DNA from: an uncultured Dehalococcoidia bacterium
GTDB taxonomy: Bacteria; Chloroflexota; Dehalococcoidia; UBA2247; RBG-13-53-26
Direction: 5' to 3'
DNA: 64,000 nucleotides
Assembly (NCBI GenBank): GCA_964617695.1
Contig: CAZTYW010000002.1
Location: forward strand, 598-64,597
The notes beneath the pieces were generated by a model that was given only the letters and a program-made list of their open reading frames with translations, did no database searches and was not told the DNA's origin. This document shows, piece after piece, positions 46,488 to 56,277 of the stretch (its first letter is position 1; the number at the start of each line of letters is the position of its first letter). Made by a program: the position numbers and the translations under genes.

Positions 46488-47336
46488 CTATTGCTTCGGC
46501 TGTGCGGGGCGGGAGAATTCCTTAGGAGGCCCCTTCTTGGCCAGCTCGCAAACAAGGGCAGCAATCGGGCTGGACTGGTTCAACTCGTGCCCGATGGCCA
46601 GAGCGTAGCTGAGGTCCTTGGCACCAACGTAGTAAGTGGGCGGCGGCGGATCCGTCCACATCGACTTGAGCCATCCCCAGTTTTGCACCGAGAAACTGTT
46701 CCCGGAACCTATCTTGATGTGCTCGACGAGCAAGTCTTCACCGGCGCCGTTCTTCATACCCCAGGCTATGGCTTCGGCGGCCACCCATGCGTTGGTTATG
46801 GCGCACATGTTATTCACCAGTTTCACGATCTGGCCCATTCCAAGATCGCCACAGTAGGTGATCCTGCCCATTCTCTCCAATACGTCGCGATACTTCTCAA
46901 GCCTGTCTTTATCGCCCCCGACGCTAATTCCCAATGTTCCCGCCTCGGCCCCCATGCGGGCTCCAACCACCGGGGCATCAAACACGTCCGCCTTCTTGGC
47001 CTTGGCCGCCTCTGCCACTTTGTTGCAGAAGGTAGGAGAAAACGTGCCCATGAGGAGAATGCCGTCGCCTTCTTTCACCCCTTCCAGAAGACCGTCAGGC
47101 CCAAAGACCACCTCCTCAGCCTGTTTGTCGTTCTGCACCATGATGATGGTGGCCTCAGATGACCGGGCAACCTCTCTGGGTGTCTTGACCTCCGTGGCTC
47201 CGAGGCCCTTCATTTCCTCAATGGGCGCTCGCCTTACGTGACCGCAAACCGTCGTCTCGAAACCGCCGGTTACCACCCTCTTCGCCATAGGAAGTCCTAT
47301 ATCTCCCAGGCCAATGAATCCAACCTTCACCGTCAT
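46488..47336 (-). CDS. 3-hydroxyisobutyrate dehydrogenase-like NAD(P)-binding dehydrogenase (paralog 1)
   Basis: 282 aa. N-terminal Rossmann fold VGFIGLGDIGLPMAKR. HIBADH / 6PGDH NAD-binding family. Confidence 0.8.
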   Translation of the reverse strand: MTVKVGFIGLGDIGLPMAKRVVTGGFETTVCGHVRRAPIEEMKGLGATEVKTPREVARSSEATIIMVQNDKQAEEVVFGPDGLLEGVKEGDGILLMGTFSPTFCNKVAEAAKAKKADVFDAPVVGARMGAEAGTLGISVGGDKDRLEKYRDVLERMGRITYCGDLGMGQIVKLVNNMCAITNAWVAAEAIAWGMKNGAGEDLLVEHIKIGSGNSFSVQNWGWLKSMWTDPPPPTYYVGAKDLSYALAIGHELNQSSPIAALVCELAKKGPPKEFSRPAQPKQ

Positions 47337-47524
47337 TCTTGATTCCTCCTTTCCCGGCCGTTCTTCACCAAGTATCCCGATATGTCAATGCCTCATTGAA
47401 CCGACACCACCACGAGCCACCTTCGGCTCGAAAGACACCGGTGCCATGGTGACGTCGCTTCGCGCGGCTTGGCGCATCCCCGGGCATGTTTCCGCCGGCT
47501 CTGCCGCACAGCGCTCTATGTGTC

Positions 47525-49687
47525 TTACTTCCTCTTGTACCTCATGAACTTGTGCTCATCCAGCTCAATGTAGTTCTGAGGGGGGACGAGCAGCGTTGTC
47601 ATGGTATGCTCGACGATGGCCGGCCCGTCGACCCTGTTGCCCGCTTCCAGCAAGTCCTGCTCCCACAGGTCGAAGGTCACCCACTGCCCGTCGAAGAAGG
47701 CATCACGCTGACCTTTGTAGGCGTTCTTGGGCGGTTCTTTGCCCTGAGGCGGATGCGTGGGTATAATGGGCTTCGGTTTCTTGGCCACCGCCTCTACATA
47801 GACCTCGGTTATCTGGTAGCCTGACTCTGGATACCGGGCTCCGGCGGGATAGATGCTGGTATAGGTCTTCTCAAAAGCGCCTATCACTTTGTCGAGGTCC
47901 TCGAGACTCTGTACTCTGGCTACGTCAACAGGAACCCCCCAATTCGACATCTGACCTATGTATCGGCACGATATCCCACGCCTGAAGCTCACGTCCTCGG
48001 CTACGATGCCTTCAGCTTCGAGTTCCGTGAGCCCCCTCTCTTCCAGCTCTTGCCAGGCCTGGCTCAGAACGCTGCCCTGGAATATTTTGATCTCGTCGGG
48101 CATCTGCGGAGTCAGGAAGAAGGTGACGGCCTTGTCATAGCGATGGAAGTAGTCAGCAGCAGCCACTCCAAAAGAGGAAAACACTGCCGCCCAGGGTACC
48201 ACGATAACCTCGTTGAAGTGGATGGCGCGCTCCAGCCCCCACAGGTGGAGAGGACCGGCAGCTCCGTAGACGAGTAGAGTGAACTCAGCCGGGTTCAACC
48301 CTCTCGACAGAAGCACACCGTTGATGTGGTCGGCTACTTTGGCGTGCAGCAAGTCCAGGATCTTGCTCGACACGTCGTAGACGTCCTGGCCAAGTGGCTT
48401 GGCCACCCTCTCTGTCAACTCATGCTCCGCCCTGTCGCGGTTGACCTTGATGGTTCCTCCGAGATAGTAGTCCGGGTCCAGGTACCTCATGGTCAGGTCA
48501 ATGTCGCCGATCGTCACCTGGTCCGAGGCGTACATGGTGCCCAGGTCGGCCCTGACACTCTCGGGCCCGATGGTAATCCGCTTCGTCACCGGGTCTGCGT
48601 GTACCACGTGGCTGCAGCCGGCGCCGAGACAGTCGATGGCGATCATGGGCATCCTCAACCGGTGGCCGGAAAACTCCGGCTCCTTGTTCACCGGCAGAAG
48701 CCGGTTGGCAATCAGACCAATGTCGCAGGTGGTACAGCCCAGGTCCCAGCAAACCAGGTTGGGGATATTCAGAAAGTCGGCGATGAACTTCCCGCCGAGC
48801 AGGCCTCCAACCGGACCTGAGATGGCCGCCTCGGCCAACTTGGGATAGCGGATCGTTGCCGCCGCTCCGTAACCCAGCAAGGTCAACAACTCGTGGTTGT
48901 AGCCTTCTTTCCTGGCTGCCTCCTCCACCAGGAACAGCTTCCTCCTGGCGATCTCTGCTATGTAGCACTGAATAAGAAGGGTCTTCAGTCTTTCGTTCTC
49001 GTTGGGGACGGAACACATTTCGTGAGAGGCGACCACAGGCACGTCAAGGCCGCGCCTCTCCACCATCTCCCTGGCGATCTGGGCAATCCGCATCTCGTGG
49101 GCAGAGTTTGCATACGATGCGAGGGTTAGAATGCCAATTACCTCTACCCCGGAGTCCAGAAGTTCGGTGACTGCCTGCACTGCCTCGTCCTCCACCAGCG
49201 GAATGACGACCGTGCCGGGGAAGTAGTGGTGCTCCATGTAGTAGCTGCCAACCGAGATTCGCTCGGTCACCTCCTTGATGTTCTCAGGGTTCACCATCCA
49301 GGGCGTGTGTTCATGCAATTGCTGGTGCAGTATGTCCTCGTAGGACTGGCCTATCCAGGTGAGGCCCCTTTCCATGATGGGCATGTCGGCGAATCCCCTG
49401 GTTACGATCAAACCCACTTTGCTCCCACTCTGGGTTACCAGGATGTTGACCATCGACGTCCCGGTGTATGTGGATGACCGCGCTGCCTGATGAATCTGGG
49501 CCGTGGTCATTTCCCAACGTCGGGCCGCGTCTTCCAGCGAGCCAAGGTAGCTGATCGCCTCGTCTTCGGGGTGAGTCAGGAACTTCCCGGTAGAAAACGC
49601 TCCGTCCTCGTCGACCAGGAAGCAGTCTGTCATGGAACCGCCCGCGTCCTGGGCGATTATGTACCTCTCTTCTACCTTGTCCGCCAT
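47525..49687 (-). CDS. hydantoinase A / acetone carboxylase beta-subunit-like protein (ATP-binding)
   Basis: ~720 aa from the internal ATG at 49685-49687. Hydantoinase/oxoprolinase N-terminal plus HyuA domains. Confidence 0.8.
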   Translation of the reverse strand: MADKVEERYIIAQDAGGSMTDCFLVDEDGAFSTGKFLTHPEDEAISYLGSLEDAARRWEMTTAQIHQAARSSTYTGTSMVNILVTQSGSKVGLIVTRGFADMPIMERGLTWIGQSYEDILHQQLHEHTPWMVNPENIKEVTERISVGSYYMEHHYFPGTVVIPLVEDEAVQAVTELLDSGVEVIGILTLASYANSAHEMRIAQIAREMVERRGLDVPVVASHEMCSVPNENERLKTLLIQCYIAEIARRKLFLVEEAARKEGYNHELLTLLGYGAAATIRYPKLAEAAISGPVGGLLGGKFIADFLNIPNLVCWDLGCTTCDIGLIANRLLPVNKEPEFSGHRLRMPMIAIDCLGAGCSHVVHADPVTKRITIGPESVRADLGTMYASDQVTIGDIDLTMRYLDPDYYLGGTIKVNRDRAEHELTERVAKPLGQDVYDVSSKILDLLHAKVADHINGVLLSRGLNPAEFTLLVYGAAGPLHLWGLERAIHFNEVIVVPWAAVFSSFGVAAADYFHRYDKAVTFFLTPQMPDEIKIFQGSVLSQAWQELEERGLTELEAEGIVAEDVSFRRGISCRYIGQMSNWGVPVDVARVQSLEDLDKVIGAFEKTYTSIYPAGARYPESGYQITEVYVEAVAKKPKPIIPTHPPQGKEPPKNAYKGQRDAFFDGQWVTFDLWEQDLLEAGNRVDGPAIVEHTMTTLLVPPQNYIELDEHKFMRYKRK

Positions 49688-49691
49688 TCTT

Positions 49692-50261
49692 CTATGCCTC
49701 CTTTGCCCACTGGGCAGGCCTATCCAGCGTCTTGTCCTGGTACCAATCGGGGTTCTCGTCTCCCAGCGGTGCGCCCAACCACTCCCGATAGAACGTGTCC
49801 AGATCGGGCAGCATCTCGAATATCGGCGGATAGCCGATGGGAACAACCTCGACCCCTAGCTGGGCAAAGCATCCGGGACAGTAAAACTCCCTTATTTCTA
49901 CCAGATGCGGGTCGTTGACCGCTTCCTCTACGGGCATTACCACCGCCATCTCTTCGTGCGTCCTCCTCCCCAGGATCCGGCAGCTCAGCTTCCAGTTGAT
50001 GCGATAGTCGCCGAATTCCTGTCCGCAGTCGCACTTGACCACACGGCCCCCGCTGTCCTTGGCCACGATATAGAGGTGGTCCGAGATGCGGAGAAGTATC
50101 TTGTCCTGCCACGGAACGCGTTCCTGCAGCACCTCAAGGTACTTCCAGAACCGCCGTTTGTCTTTGGGAGACAGGCGCATGAGTCTCTTTGCGTCCTCCC
50201 AGGGCAGCTTGCCGTCTACCAGAAGCTTCAGGTTTTCCTTGGTAGCAATGTCCTCTGACAT
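49692..50261 (-). CDS. acetone carboxylase gamma-subunit-like zinc protein
   Basis: 189 aa. …VKCDCGQEF…EFYCPGCF… Cys4 pattern and size match AcxC-type gamma subunits. Lies between the two large subunit genes. Confidence 0.7.
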   Translation of the reverse strand: MSEDIATKENLKLLVDGKLPWEDAKRLMRLSPKDKRRFWKYLEVLQERVPWQDKILLRISDHLYIVAKDSGGRVVKCDCGQEFGDYRINWKLSCRILGRRTHEEMAVVMPVEEAVNDPHLVEIREFYCPGCFAQLGVEVVPIGYPPIFEMLPDLDTFYREWLGAPLGDENPDWYQDKTLDRPAQWAKEA

Positions 50262-50270
50262 CTTCCCTCC

Positions 50271-52451
50271 TTACAGCCGATAATCGTCGTCCAACTGCCA
50301 CATCCCCACCAACTGACGTCGGAACTTCTCGTATTTCATGCCGTCGGCAAACATGCTGTAAACGTCTTCACCCCAGTCCTTATTCAACACATGCTGCCTC
50401 TCTTCCCGCCACCAGTCCTTGGCGTCGACCGACTTCTCTTTCCTGGCGTTGCGAATCTGCTGCCTCAGCTCGCCGGTCTCCGCTGCCTTTGCTTTGCCGT
50501 TCTCATCGACTACTACGCCATACAGAGTCCTGGCCACATCCGCCGTGACCCAGCCATACCTTGCGTCCTCCTCCACCAGGCCCGGGTCCCTTTCCAGAAC
50601 ATCCCCCCAGCCTCCCCGGCAGGCTGAGGCGCTGGCGAACAGGTCGCCGTCCTTGCAGAGTATGTTCGGCGTGGCGCCTTTGAAGGCCTCCACGCTTCCA
50701 GCTTTTAGCTTCCCTTCTTTCAACCACTCCCTCATCTGGATGAAGTCGGTGGGATAAGGTTTGCCTTCCTGTATGAGTTCCCTCATGTTCGTGTCGTGGG
50801 CGAAGACAACAACGTCGTTCGACCCAGGGTAGCCACCACACATTCCCGTGGCGGACCTGCCCATGCCGTTGGTGGAGGCGAAAGTCGCCACTATCAGCGA
50901 CTGGCCGGGCTCGGTGATCATCTGGAGCATTGCTATTCCCAGCCCGCCTCTGAATTTGCCGTGCCCACAGTAGTTGGGTACGAGCTTCTTGCCAATGTTG
51001 AGATTGGTTGGCTGCAAGAACTCAGCCAGCTCCGTCTCTCCCATATCCGGCGCGGGATTGGGTGTGCACACCGCAGCCGAAAGCCCGTCTCTGTAAGGCA
51101 TACCGCCCTCGCTCCAGCAGGTGATGAGGGTCATGTCGCCCCCAGCCCAGCGGAACCCGTCTTTCATTATGCCAGCCAGCCCGTAGCCAACACCGCAGCC
51201 ATCCATCGGGAAGGTCTCCTCCAGGTAGCCTCTGGCAAAGAACGCCATACTGAGCGTGTTGTGGAACAGGAAGCAGTATTTGCCGATCTCGGCCAGGCAC
51301 ATGACCGTGGCCGCAAAGGGGTTTTGTGGATTGAACATGCAGCCAGGAGGCAGGTTCCACTCAGTCATATACATCAGTGACGAGTTCAAGGTCGAGGTAT
51401 AGGCGAACATTGGCCAGCAGCCGAGCGAGGTCAGCATTCTTACCGCAGGTTCATAGCCATTGCAGTGGAATTCGTCTTCGCTGGTTAGCCCTTCTGCATC
51501 CATGTACAGGCTGCCGTCCGGCCGGACATGAAGCGTGCAAGGCTCATGAAGGAGCCAGTCTCTGTTCGAACCGGCAAACAGCTTGCCCACGACTCCTTTG
51601 TACTTCACCATGTTCAGGTGAAGATAGTTGTACATCCCGGGCACCGCCTGAGTCTTTATCCTCTCTACCAGGAGTCGCCGCTCCCTCTCAATGATCTCCT
51701 TCACCCCCCTCCGGTAGTACTCAACCCCGAACTCTTCAATGATGTCCAGAACGCGGTCGTGCAGCGCCACCGCTCCGGCAGTCCTCATTTTGTCATCCAG
51801 GATATTGAAGGCCTCCGTCCGCGTCCGCCTCTTCCAGTGTAGCTCCCACCACTTGTGCGTCTTGAAATTCGCCCCTATTTTGGTGGGCGGATAGGTGAAT
51901 CCGTCGGTGAAAACGCTGGGCGAAATGGTGCCCAGACCGCCGGGCTGGAGGCCCCCGACATCCACAATGTGGTTCAGCCCTGCAGTCCAGCCAATTAGTT
52001 CATCTTTATAGAATATGGGCACCCAGGTGTAATTGTCTGCGTTGTGGGGAGCGCCGTAGAGAGCGTCATTCGTGGCGAACACGTCCCCCACGTTGATTCC
52101 GGGGTCCTCTTCAAAGCCCAGATCAGCTATCGATCGGATCATGAAAGGGAAGGATTGGATATGCCCGGCCAGCCCGTAGGAAGCGGAAACAATGTCTCCC
52201 TCCGGAGTTGCCAGCATAAACAAGAGCTCCCCCTGGATCAGGGACATGGGGTTGGCCGATATCAACTTGGCCATCTCCCTGGCATTTATGCAGGCGGCTA
52301 CCAGCCTCATCTGGAACCTCATGAATTTGGCCGGGTCACTTTCCACCAGTTCCAGGTTCTCCAGCCCGTAGGCAAAGCCGGTATCCTTGAATAGCCGCTC
52401 CTTCTCGTCCACTACCTCCTTCAGCGTGTTGGCCTGATAGCAAATGCCCAT
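50271..52451 (-). CDS. hydantoinase B / acetone carboxylase alpha-subunit-like protein
   Basis: 726 aa. HyuB / oxoprolinase family (…DVFATNDALYGAPHNADNY…). Confidence 0.8.
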   Translation of the reverse strand: MGICYQANTLKEVVDEKERLFKDTGFAYGLENLELVESDPAKFMRFQMRLVAACINAREMAKLISANPMSLIQGELLFMLATPEGDIVSASYGLAGHIQSFPFMIRSIADLGFEEDPGINVGDVFATNDALYGAPHNADNYTWVPIFYKDELIGWTAGLNHIVDVGGLQPGGLGTISPSVFTDGFTYPPTKIGANFKTHKWWELHWKRRTRTEAFNILDDKMRTAGAVALHDRVLDIIEEFGVEYYRRGVKEIIERERRLLVERIKTQAVPGMYNYLHLNMVKYKGVVGKLFAGSNRDWLLHEPCTLHVRPDGSLYMDAEGLTSEDEFHCNGYEPAVRMLTSLGCWPMFAYTSTLNSSLMYMTEWNLPPGCMFNPQNPFAATVMCLAEIGKYCFLFHNTLSMAFFARGYLEETFPMDGCGVGYGLAGIMKDGFRWAGGDMTLITCWSEGGMPYRDGLSAAVCTPNPAPDMGETELAEFLQPTNLNIGKKLVPNYCGHGKFRGGLGIAMLQMITEPGQSLIVATFASTNGMGRSATGMCGGYPGSNDVVVFAHDTNMRELIQEGKPYPTDFIQMREWLKEGKLKAGSVEAFKGATPNILCKDGDLFASASACRGGWGDVLERDPGLVEEDARYGWVTADVARTLYGVVVDENGKAKAAETGELRQQIRNARKEKSVDAKDWWREERQHVLNKDWGEDVYSMFADGMKYEKFRRQLVGMWQLDDDYRL

Positions 52452-52462
52452 AGCGCCTCCTT

Positions 52463-53686
52463 CTAGAGAATCGTGCCTTCGCTCTTGAGCCCGGCTATGT
52501 CATCCCAGGTATAGCCAAGGTCCAACAGGATTTCCTCTGTGTGCTGTCCCAACTCTGGCGCCAGCGACTTCACCGTGGCTGGGGTCTTGCTGAACTTGAC
52601 GGGGCTGTTTATCGCCTTGAACCGCACACCGGGGGCGTACTCCAATTCAATGAAGAAGTCGTTTTCCCAGGCTTGTGGGTCGCCGGCCACTTCCACGGGT
52701 GTCTGGATGCGCCCCAGAACCAGATCGAACTCCTGCGCTATTGCCTCCCACTCGGCAGCGGTCTTGCCGGCTATGATCTCATCCAGTGCTGCTATCAGGG
52801 TCAGGTTCTGCTCCATCCTCTTCATATGGGAGTCGAACCTGGCTTCCTTTTCCCACTCGGGCTTGCCTATTGCCTTGCAGAACGCGGGCCAGTGCCGGTC
52901 CGTTTGGGGCATTACCAGCATTATCCATTTCCCATCTTTGGCCTGATAGCAGTTCCACAACGCGTTGGTGACGCGTCTTCTGTCCGTCTGCGGCAGGTTG
53001 ACTCCCTGATGCAACGCGGTGCCAACATCGAAACTCAGCCCCCATACCGCCAGGTGATACAGATTGAGCTCGACCTTCTGGGCCACACCTGTTTTCTCCC
53101 GACAGAACAGCGCTGCTGCGATAGCTCCGGCGATAGCCGGAGAGGCCAGGTTATCCCCCAGGCCCGGCCGCTGCGGACGCAGGGCCTCACTGGGCGCCGA
53201 TAGTCGGTCCATCATGCCGCTCCTGGCCCACCACGCCGCATAGTCGAAGCCGGGCTTGTGCCGGTCGGGACCGCCGGTCCCGTACCCGGTGCACTGGCAG
53301 TAGATCAGGCTGGGGTTTATCTTGCTCAGAGTCTCGTAGTCGGCCTTTGCCCGCTCAATAGCTCTCGGATCGAAGTTTGTGGCAAAGACATCGGCGTTTT
53401 CCACCAGCTTGTAGAGTATCTCTCGGCCACGCTCCGTCATCACATTCAGGCCGATGCCCCTCTTGTTGCGATTGAAGTAGTGAAACCACATGCTGGGTTT
53501 GATGTCTGCAGGTGGCGCCTGTCCTTCTATGGCCTGCGGGAACCGCACCGGATCCCCACCCGCCTTGAAGTTCTCCACCTTGATGACTTCGGCACCCCAA
53601 TCGGCAAGAATAGCGGTGGCGGTCGGCACGAGCAGGAAGTGACCGAACTCAATTACCTTCACGCCATCGAAAGCTCCACTGCTCAT
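52463..53686 (-). CDS. family III CoA-transferase (CaiB/BaiF family)
   Basis: …FDGVKVIEFGHFLLVPTATAILADWGAEVIKVE… Start taken at the internal ATG at 53684-53686. Confidence 0.85.
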   Translation of the reverse strand: MSSGAFDGVKVIEFGHFLLVPTATAILADWGAEVIKVENFKAGGDPVRFPQAIEGQAPPADIKPSMWFHYFNRNKRGIGLNVMTERGREILYKLVENADVFATNFDPRAIERAKADYETLSKINPSLIYCQCTGYGTGGPDRHKPGFDYAAWWARSGMMDRLSAPSEALRPQRPGLGDNLASPAIAGAIAAALFCREKTGVAQKVELNLYHLAVWGLSFDVGTALHQGVNLPQTDRRRVTNALWNCYQAKDGKWIMLVMPQTDRHWPAFCKAIGKPEWEKEARFDSHMKRMEQNLTLIAALDEIIAGKTAAEWEAIAQEFDLVLGRIQTPVEVAGDPQAWENDFFIELEYAPGVRFKAINSPVKFSKTPATVKSLAPELGQHTEEILLDLGYTWDDIAGLKSEGTIL

Positions 53687-53783
53687 TTCTCCTTCAGCCT
53701 CCTTATCCTTCACGCGGCGGAGCAAGCTCCGCCGCGTGAGCAGTCATAGGAAACCTCCCAGGTCGGTCCTCCGTAACCGGGCC

Positions 53784-55010
53784 TTACTCGAGAACAATGG
53801 GCAGCCAGTCAGTAACCTTCCTCACAATATCCTCGTCTGCAGCGCTCCACTCGTATATACCGGTGTAATTCCAGGTATACCGCTTCGTGTCGCTGAAGCC
53901 CCACGTCTCGTAACCGTCCCAGGTCGTCTCAAACCCTATAGCTGTGTCATAAAAGGCCTGACTGTCGTAGTTCTCCAGCCCCACTTCCTTCACCGTTTCC
54001 TCCAGGACCTGGAAGAAAGCGTAACACTGGTGGAATCCACCTATGTAGCCTATGCCGGCATGGACCAGAGCGTCATACTGGTCCGGGTGATAGTTGCTCA
54101 GGAGCTCCTCGGCCAGCTCGACCACCGGCCCGGTCTCACCCCACCAGCGCGTTGGCTGACTGGCGAGCATTCCATCGACGGCGTCCCAGCCGGCCAGGTC
54201 AATAATCAGGTCCCTGTAGGCAGCGTGAGCGTCAGTGCCGATGAATGGGGCGTCGTATCCCTTGTCTCGATACTGCTTTATGAACGTGGACGTGCCTGTA
54301 CCGGTCGAGGGCGGGAATAAGTAGTCACAGTTCTTCAACGCCTCCACCTCACCACTCCACATGTTCACCCCCATAGGAGCCAGGAACCCACCCACCCACT
54401 CGAACTGCTGCGGATGGGCCTGGGCATAGTCCCTTATGGCGTCTCTACAGGCGATAGCATAGGGTTCCTGCCAGCCGGCGGAGCCAATCTTGGCTGGTCC
54501 GTTCGTCTCCCAGTCCCAGTCTTCCTCGCTGATCCACTGCAGAAGGGTGTCAATCAGGCCGTAGGTGGGAGAGTTGGCGCAGAATACCCAGCCGGGCGGG
54601 TCTATCAGCGGGGGAGTCGTGATCAGTGCCCATAGCGGCATCTTGTCCGTCTCGGCGCGGGTGTCCAACGTCTCCGCGGTGGTGGGCAAGGCCGTCACGG
54701 CGACCTTCGCCCCCCTGTCCCTGACCCAGTTCCAGCCAGGTATGTCGTATTTAGGGTTATACCTGGCGTCGTAAGTGACGACCTTTATCTTCGCGCCCGG
54801 GATAATGTCGTTCTCGTTGTAGTACTTGGCCAGGTCCTCTATGGCGTAGTTGATTGGCACCAGCGCCGTCGAAGCTGGCCCCGTCATGTCTGAGATATGC
54901 CCTATGATAATCTGGCCTTCTTCCTCACCTGCGCAGCCTACGCAGAGGGTGGCGATCAGAGCCAGAACCATGAGAGCAGACACGGCCACTTTCCTCAGAC
55001 CATATTTCAT
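53784..55010 (-). CDS. ABC transporter substrate-binding lipoprotein (Liv/amide-type family)
   Basis: 408 aa. Signal peptide with lipobox LCVGC. Periplasmic-binding type I fold. Confidence 0.85.
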   Translation of the reverse strand: MKYGLRKVAVSALMVLALIATLCVGCAGEEEGQIIIGHISDMTGPASTALVPINYAIEDLAKYYNENDIIPGAKIKVVTYDARYNPKYDIPGWNWVRDRGAKVAVTALPTTAETLDTRAETDKMPLWALITTPPLIDPPGWVFCANSPTYGLIDTLLQWISEEDWDWETNGPAKIGSAGWQEPYAIACRDAIRDYAQAHPQQFEWVGGFLAPMGVNMWSGEVEALKNCDYLFPPSTGTGTSTFIKQYRDKGYDAPFIGTDAHAAYRDLIIDLAGWDAVDGMLASQPTRWWGETGPVVELAEELLSNYHPDQYDALVHAGIGYIGGFHQCYAFFQVLEETVKEVGLENYDSQAFYDTAIGFETTWDGYETWGFSDTKRYTWNYTGIYEWSAADEDIVRKVTDWLPIVLE

Positions 55011-55132
55011 TTCTCCTCCTTTCTGCTCCTCTGCTCCGTTTGCCGGGCTGCAAACGCCCAGAGGAAGCCCTGTTGATGACGTAAGCTCGTCCCCATTGCC
55101 GCTATGGCTACCGGCATCCCTGTGCCGGTGGT

Positions 55133-55963
55133 CTACATCTCAGGCAGCTTCAGCACCCCGGCCCTGAACCGTTCCTCGCACAGAGTGGCCAGCGGACAGG
55201 GTTGCCCAACCTCCTGACTGATTCGCAGGGCGTATTCGAGGTCCTTCGCCCCCAGGTGAAACGTGAGTGGTGGTGGGTCAACGTTCATTGACTTGACAAA
55301 CTCCCAGTTCTGTACCACCCAGCTATCCGCAGTGCCTATTCTCATCAACTCCACCAGCAGCTCTTCGTCAGCCCCGTTCCTTATACCCCAGGATATCGCC
55401 TCGTAGGCGCCCTCAACGTTGATCATCAGCGCCATGTTATTCGCCAGCTTGACTATCTGACCCATGCCCAGTCCACCGCACAATATGATCTTACCCATGG
55501 TCTCCAGAATGGGACGGTACTTCTCTACCAGTTGCCTGTCGCCGCCGACCATTATGCCCAGCTCTCCTGTAGCAGCCCGCATGCGGGTTCCCGTGACTGG
55601 GGCATCCAGAACGCCGACACCTCTCGGCGATGCTGCGGCTGCCACCTCTCGACAGAAAGCAGGTGACAGCGTGCTCATCAGTATGATTCCTGAGCCCTGT
55701 CTCCCCGACTCGACAATGCCGTCAGGGCCCATGACCACTTCTCGCGTGGCAGTGTCGTCTCGAAGCACGGTGATGGTCACGTCGGAGGCTTGCGCTACAT
55801 CCTTTGGTGTCTTGACCTCCCGCGCACCCAGGCGCTTCACCTCGTCGACGGGCTGTCGCCTTTTGTGCCCACAGACTGTAACCTGGTAACCATGGGTTAC
55901 CAACCTCTTTGCCATGGGCAGCCCCACGTCTCCCAGGCCGATGAACCCCACCCTTTCTGCCAT
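55133..55963 (-). CDS. 3-hydroxyisobutyrate dehydrogenase-like NAD(P)-binding dehydrogenase (paralog 2)
   Basis: Clear paralog of 46488-47336: VGFIGLGDVGLPMAKRLVTHGYQVTVCGH versus VGFIGLGDIGLPMAKRVVTGGFETTVCGH, with similarity throughout. Start taken at the internal ATG at 55961-55963. Confidence 0.8.
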   Translation of the reverse strand: MAERVGFIGLGDVGLPMAKRLVTHGYQVTVCGHKRRQPVDEVKRLGAREVKTPKDVAQASDVTITVLRDDTATREVVMGPDGIVESGRQGSGIILMSTLSPAFCREVAAAASPRGVGVLDAPVTGTRMRAATGELGIMVGGDRQLVEKYRPILETMGKIILCGGLGMGQIVKLANNMALMINVEGAYEAISWGIRNGADEELLVELMRIGTADSWVVQNWEFVKSMNVDPPPLTFHLGAKDLEYALRISQEVGQPCPLATLCEERFRAGVLKLPEM

Positions 55964-56206
55964 CCTCAACCTCCTTTGCCGGCCTGCCCAATCTGCAGGA
56001 CCCCCACCAGTATCGTACCCGAGCACCGTCTGCGGTTCAATCCGCCTGAGTACTCATTCTCAATGCTAACATCGCGGGCTCGCCGTGTGTCGGTAACAGC
56101 AATGCGCCTCGGGAGAAACAGCACAATACCCACAAATCGGTACGATGTGCTACGCCATTTGGGCGAGATCTCTACGCAGATTGCGCATCATTTGTGGCAT
56201 GTTTGC

Positions 56207-56236
56207 TTGACACATGACGTTATCGTTGACTATCAT
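56207..56236 (+). promoter_or_regulatory. candidate sigma-70-type promoter for the two-component operon: TTGACA (56207-56212), 18 nt spacer, TATCAT (56231-56236)
   Basis: Read from the sequence. Lies 42 nt upstream of the response-regulator ATG, in the divergent region shared with the minus-strand catabolic array. Confidence 0.35.
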
Positions 56237-56277
56237 AGTGCTTGCCACCGCCCATCAAATCTGCCGCAGGTAGAGAG

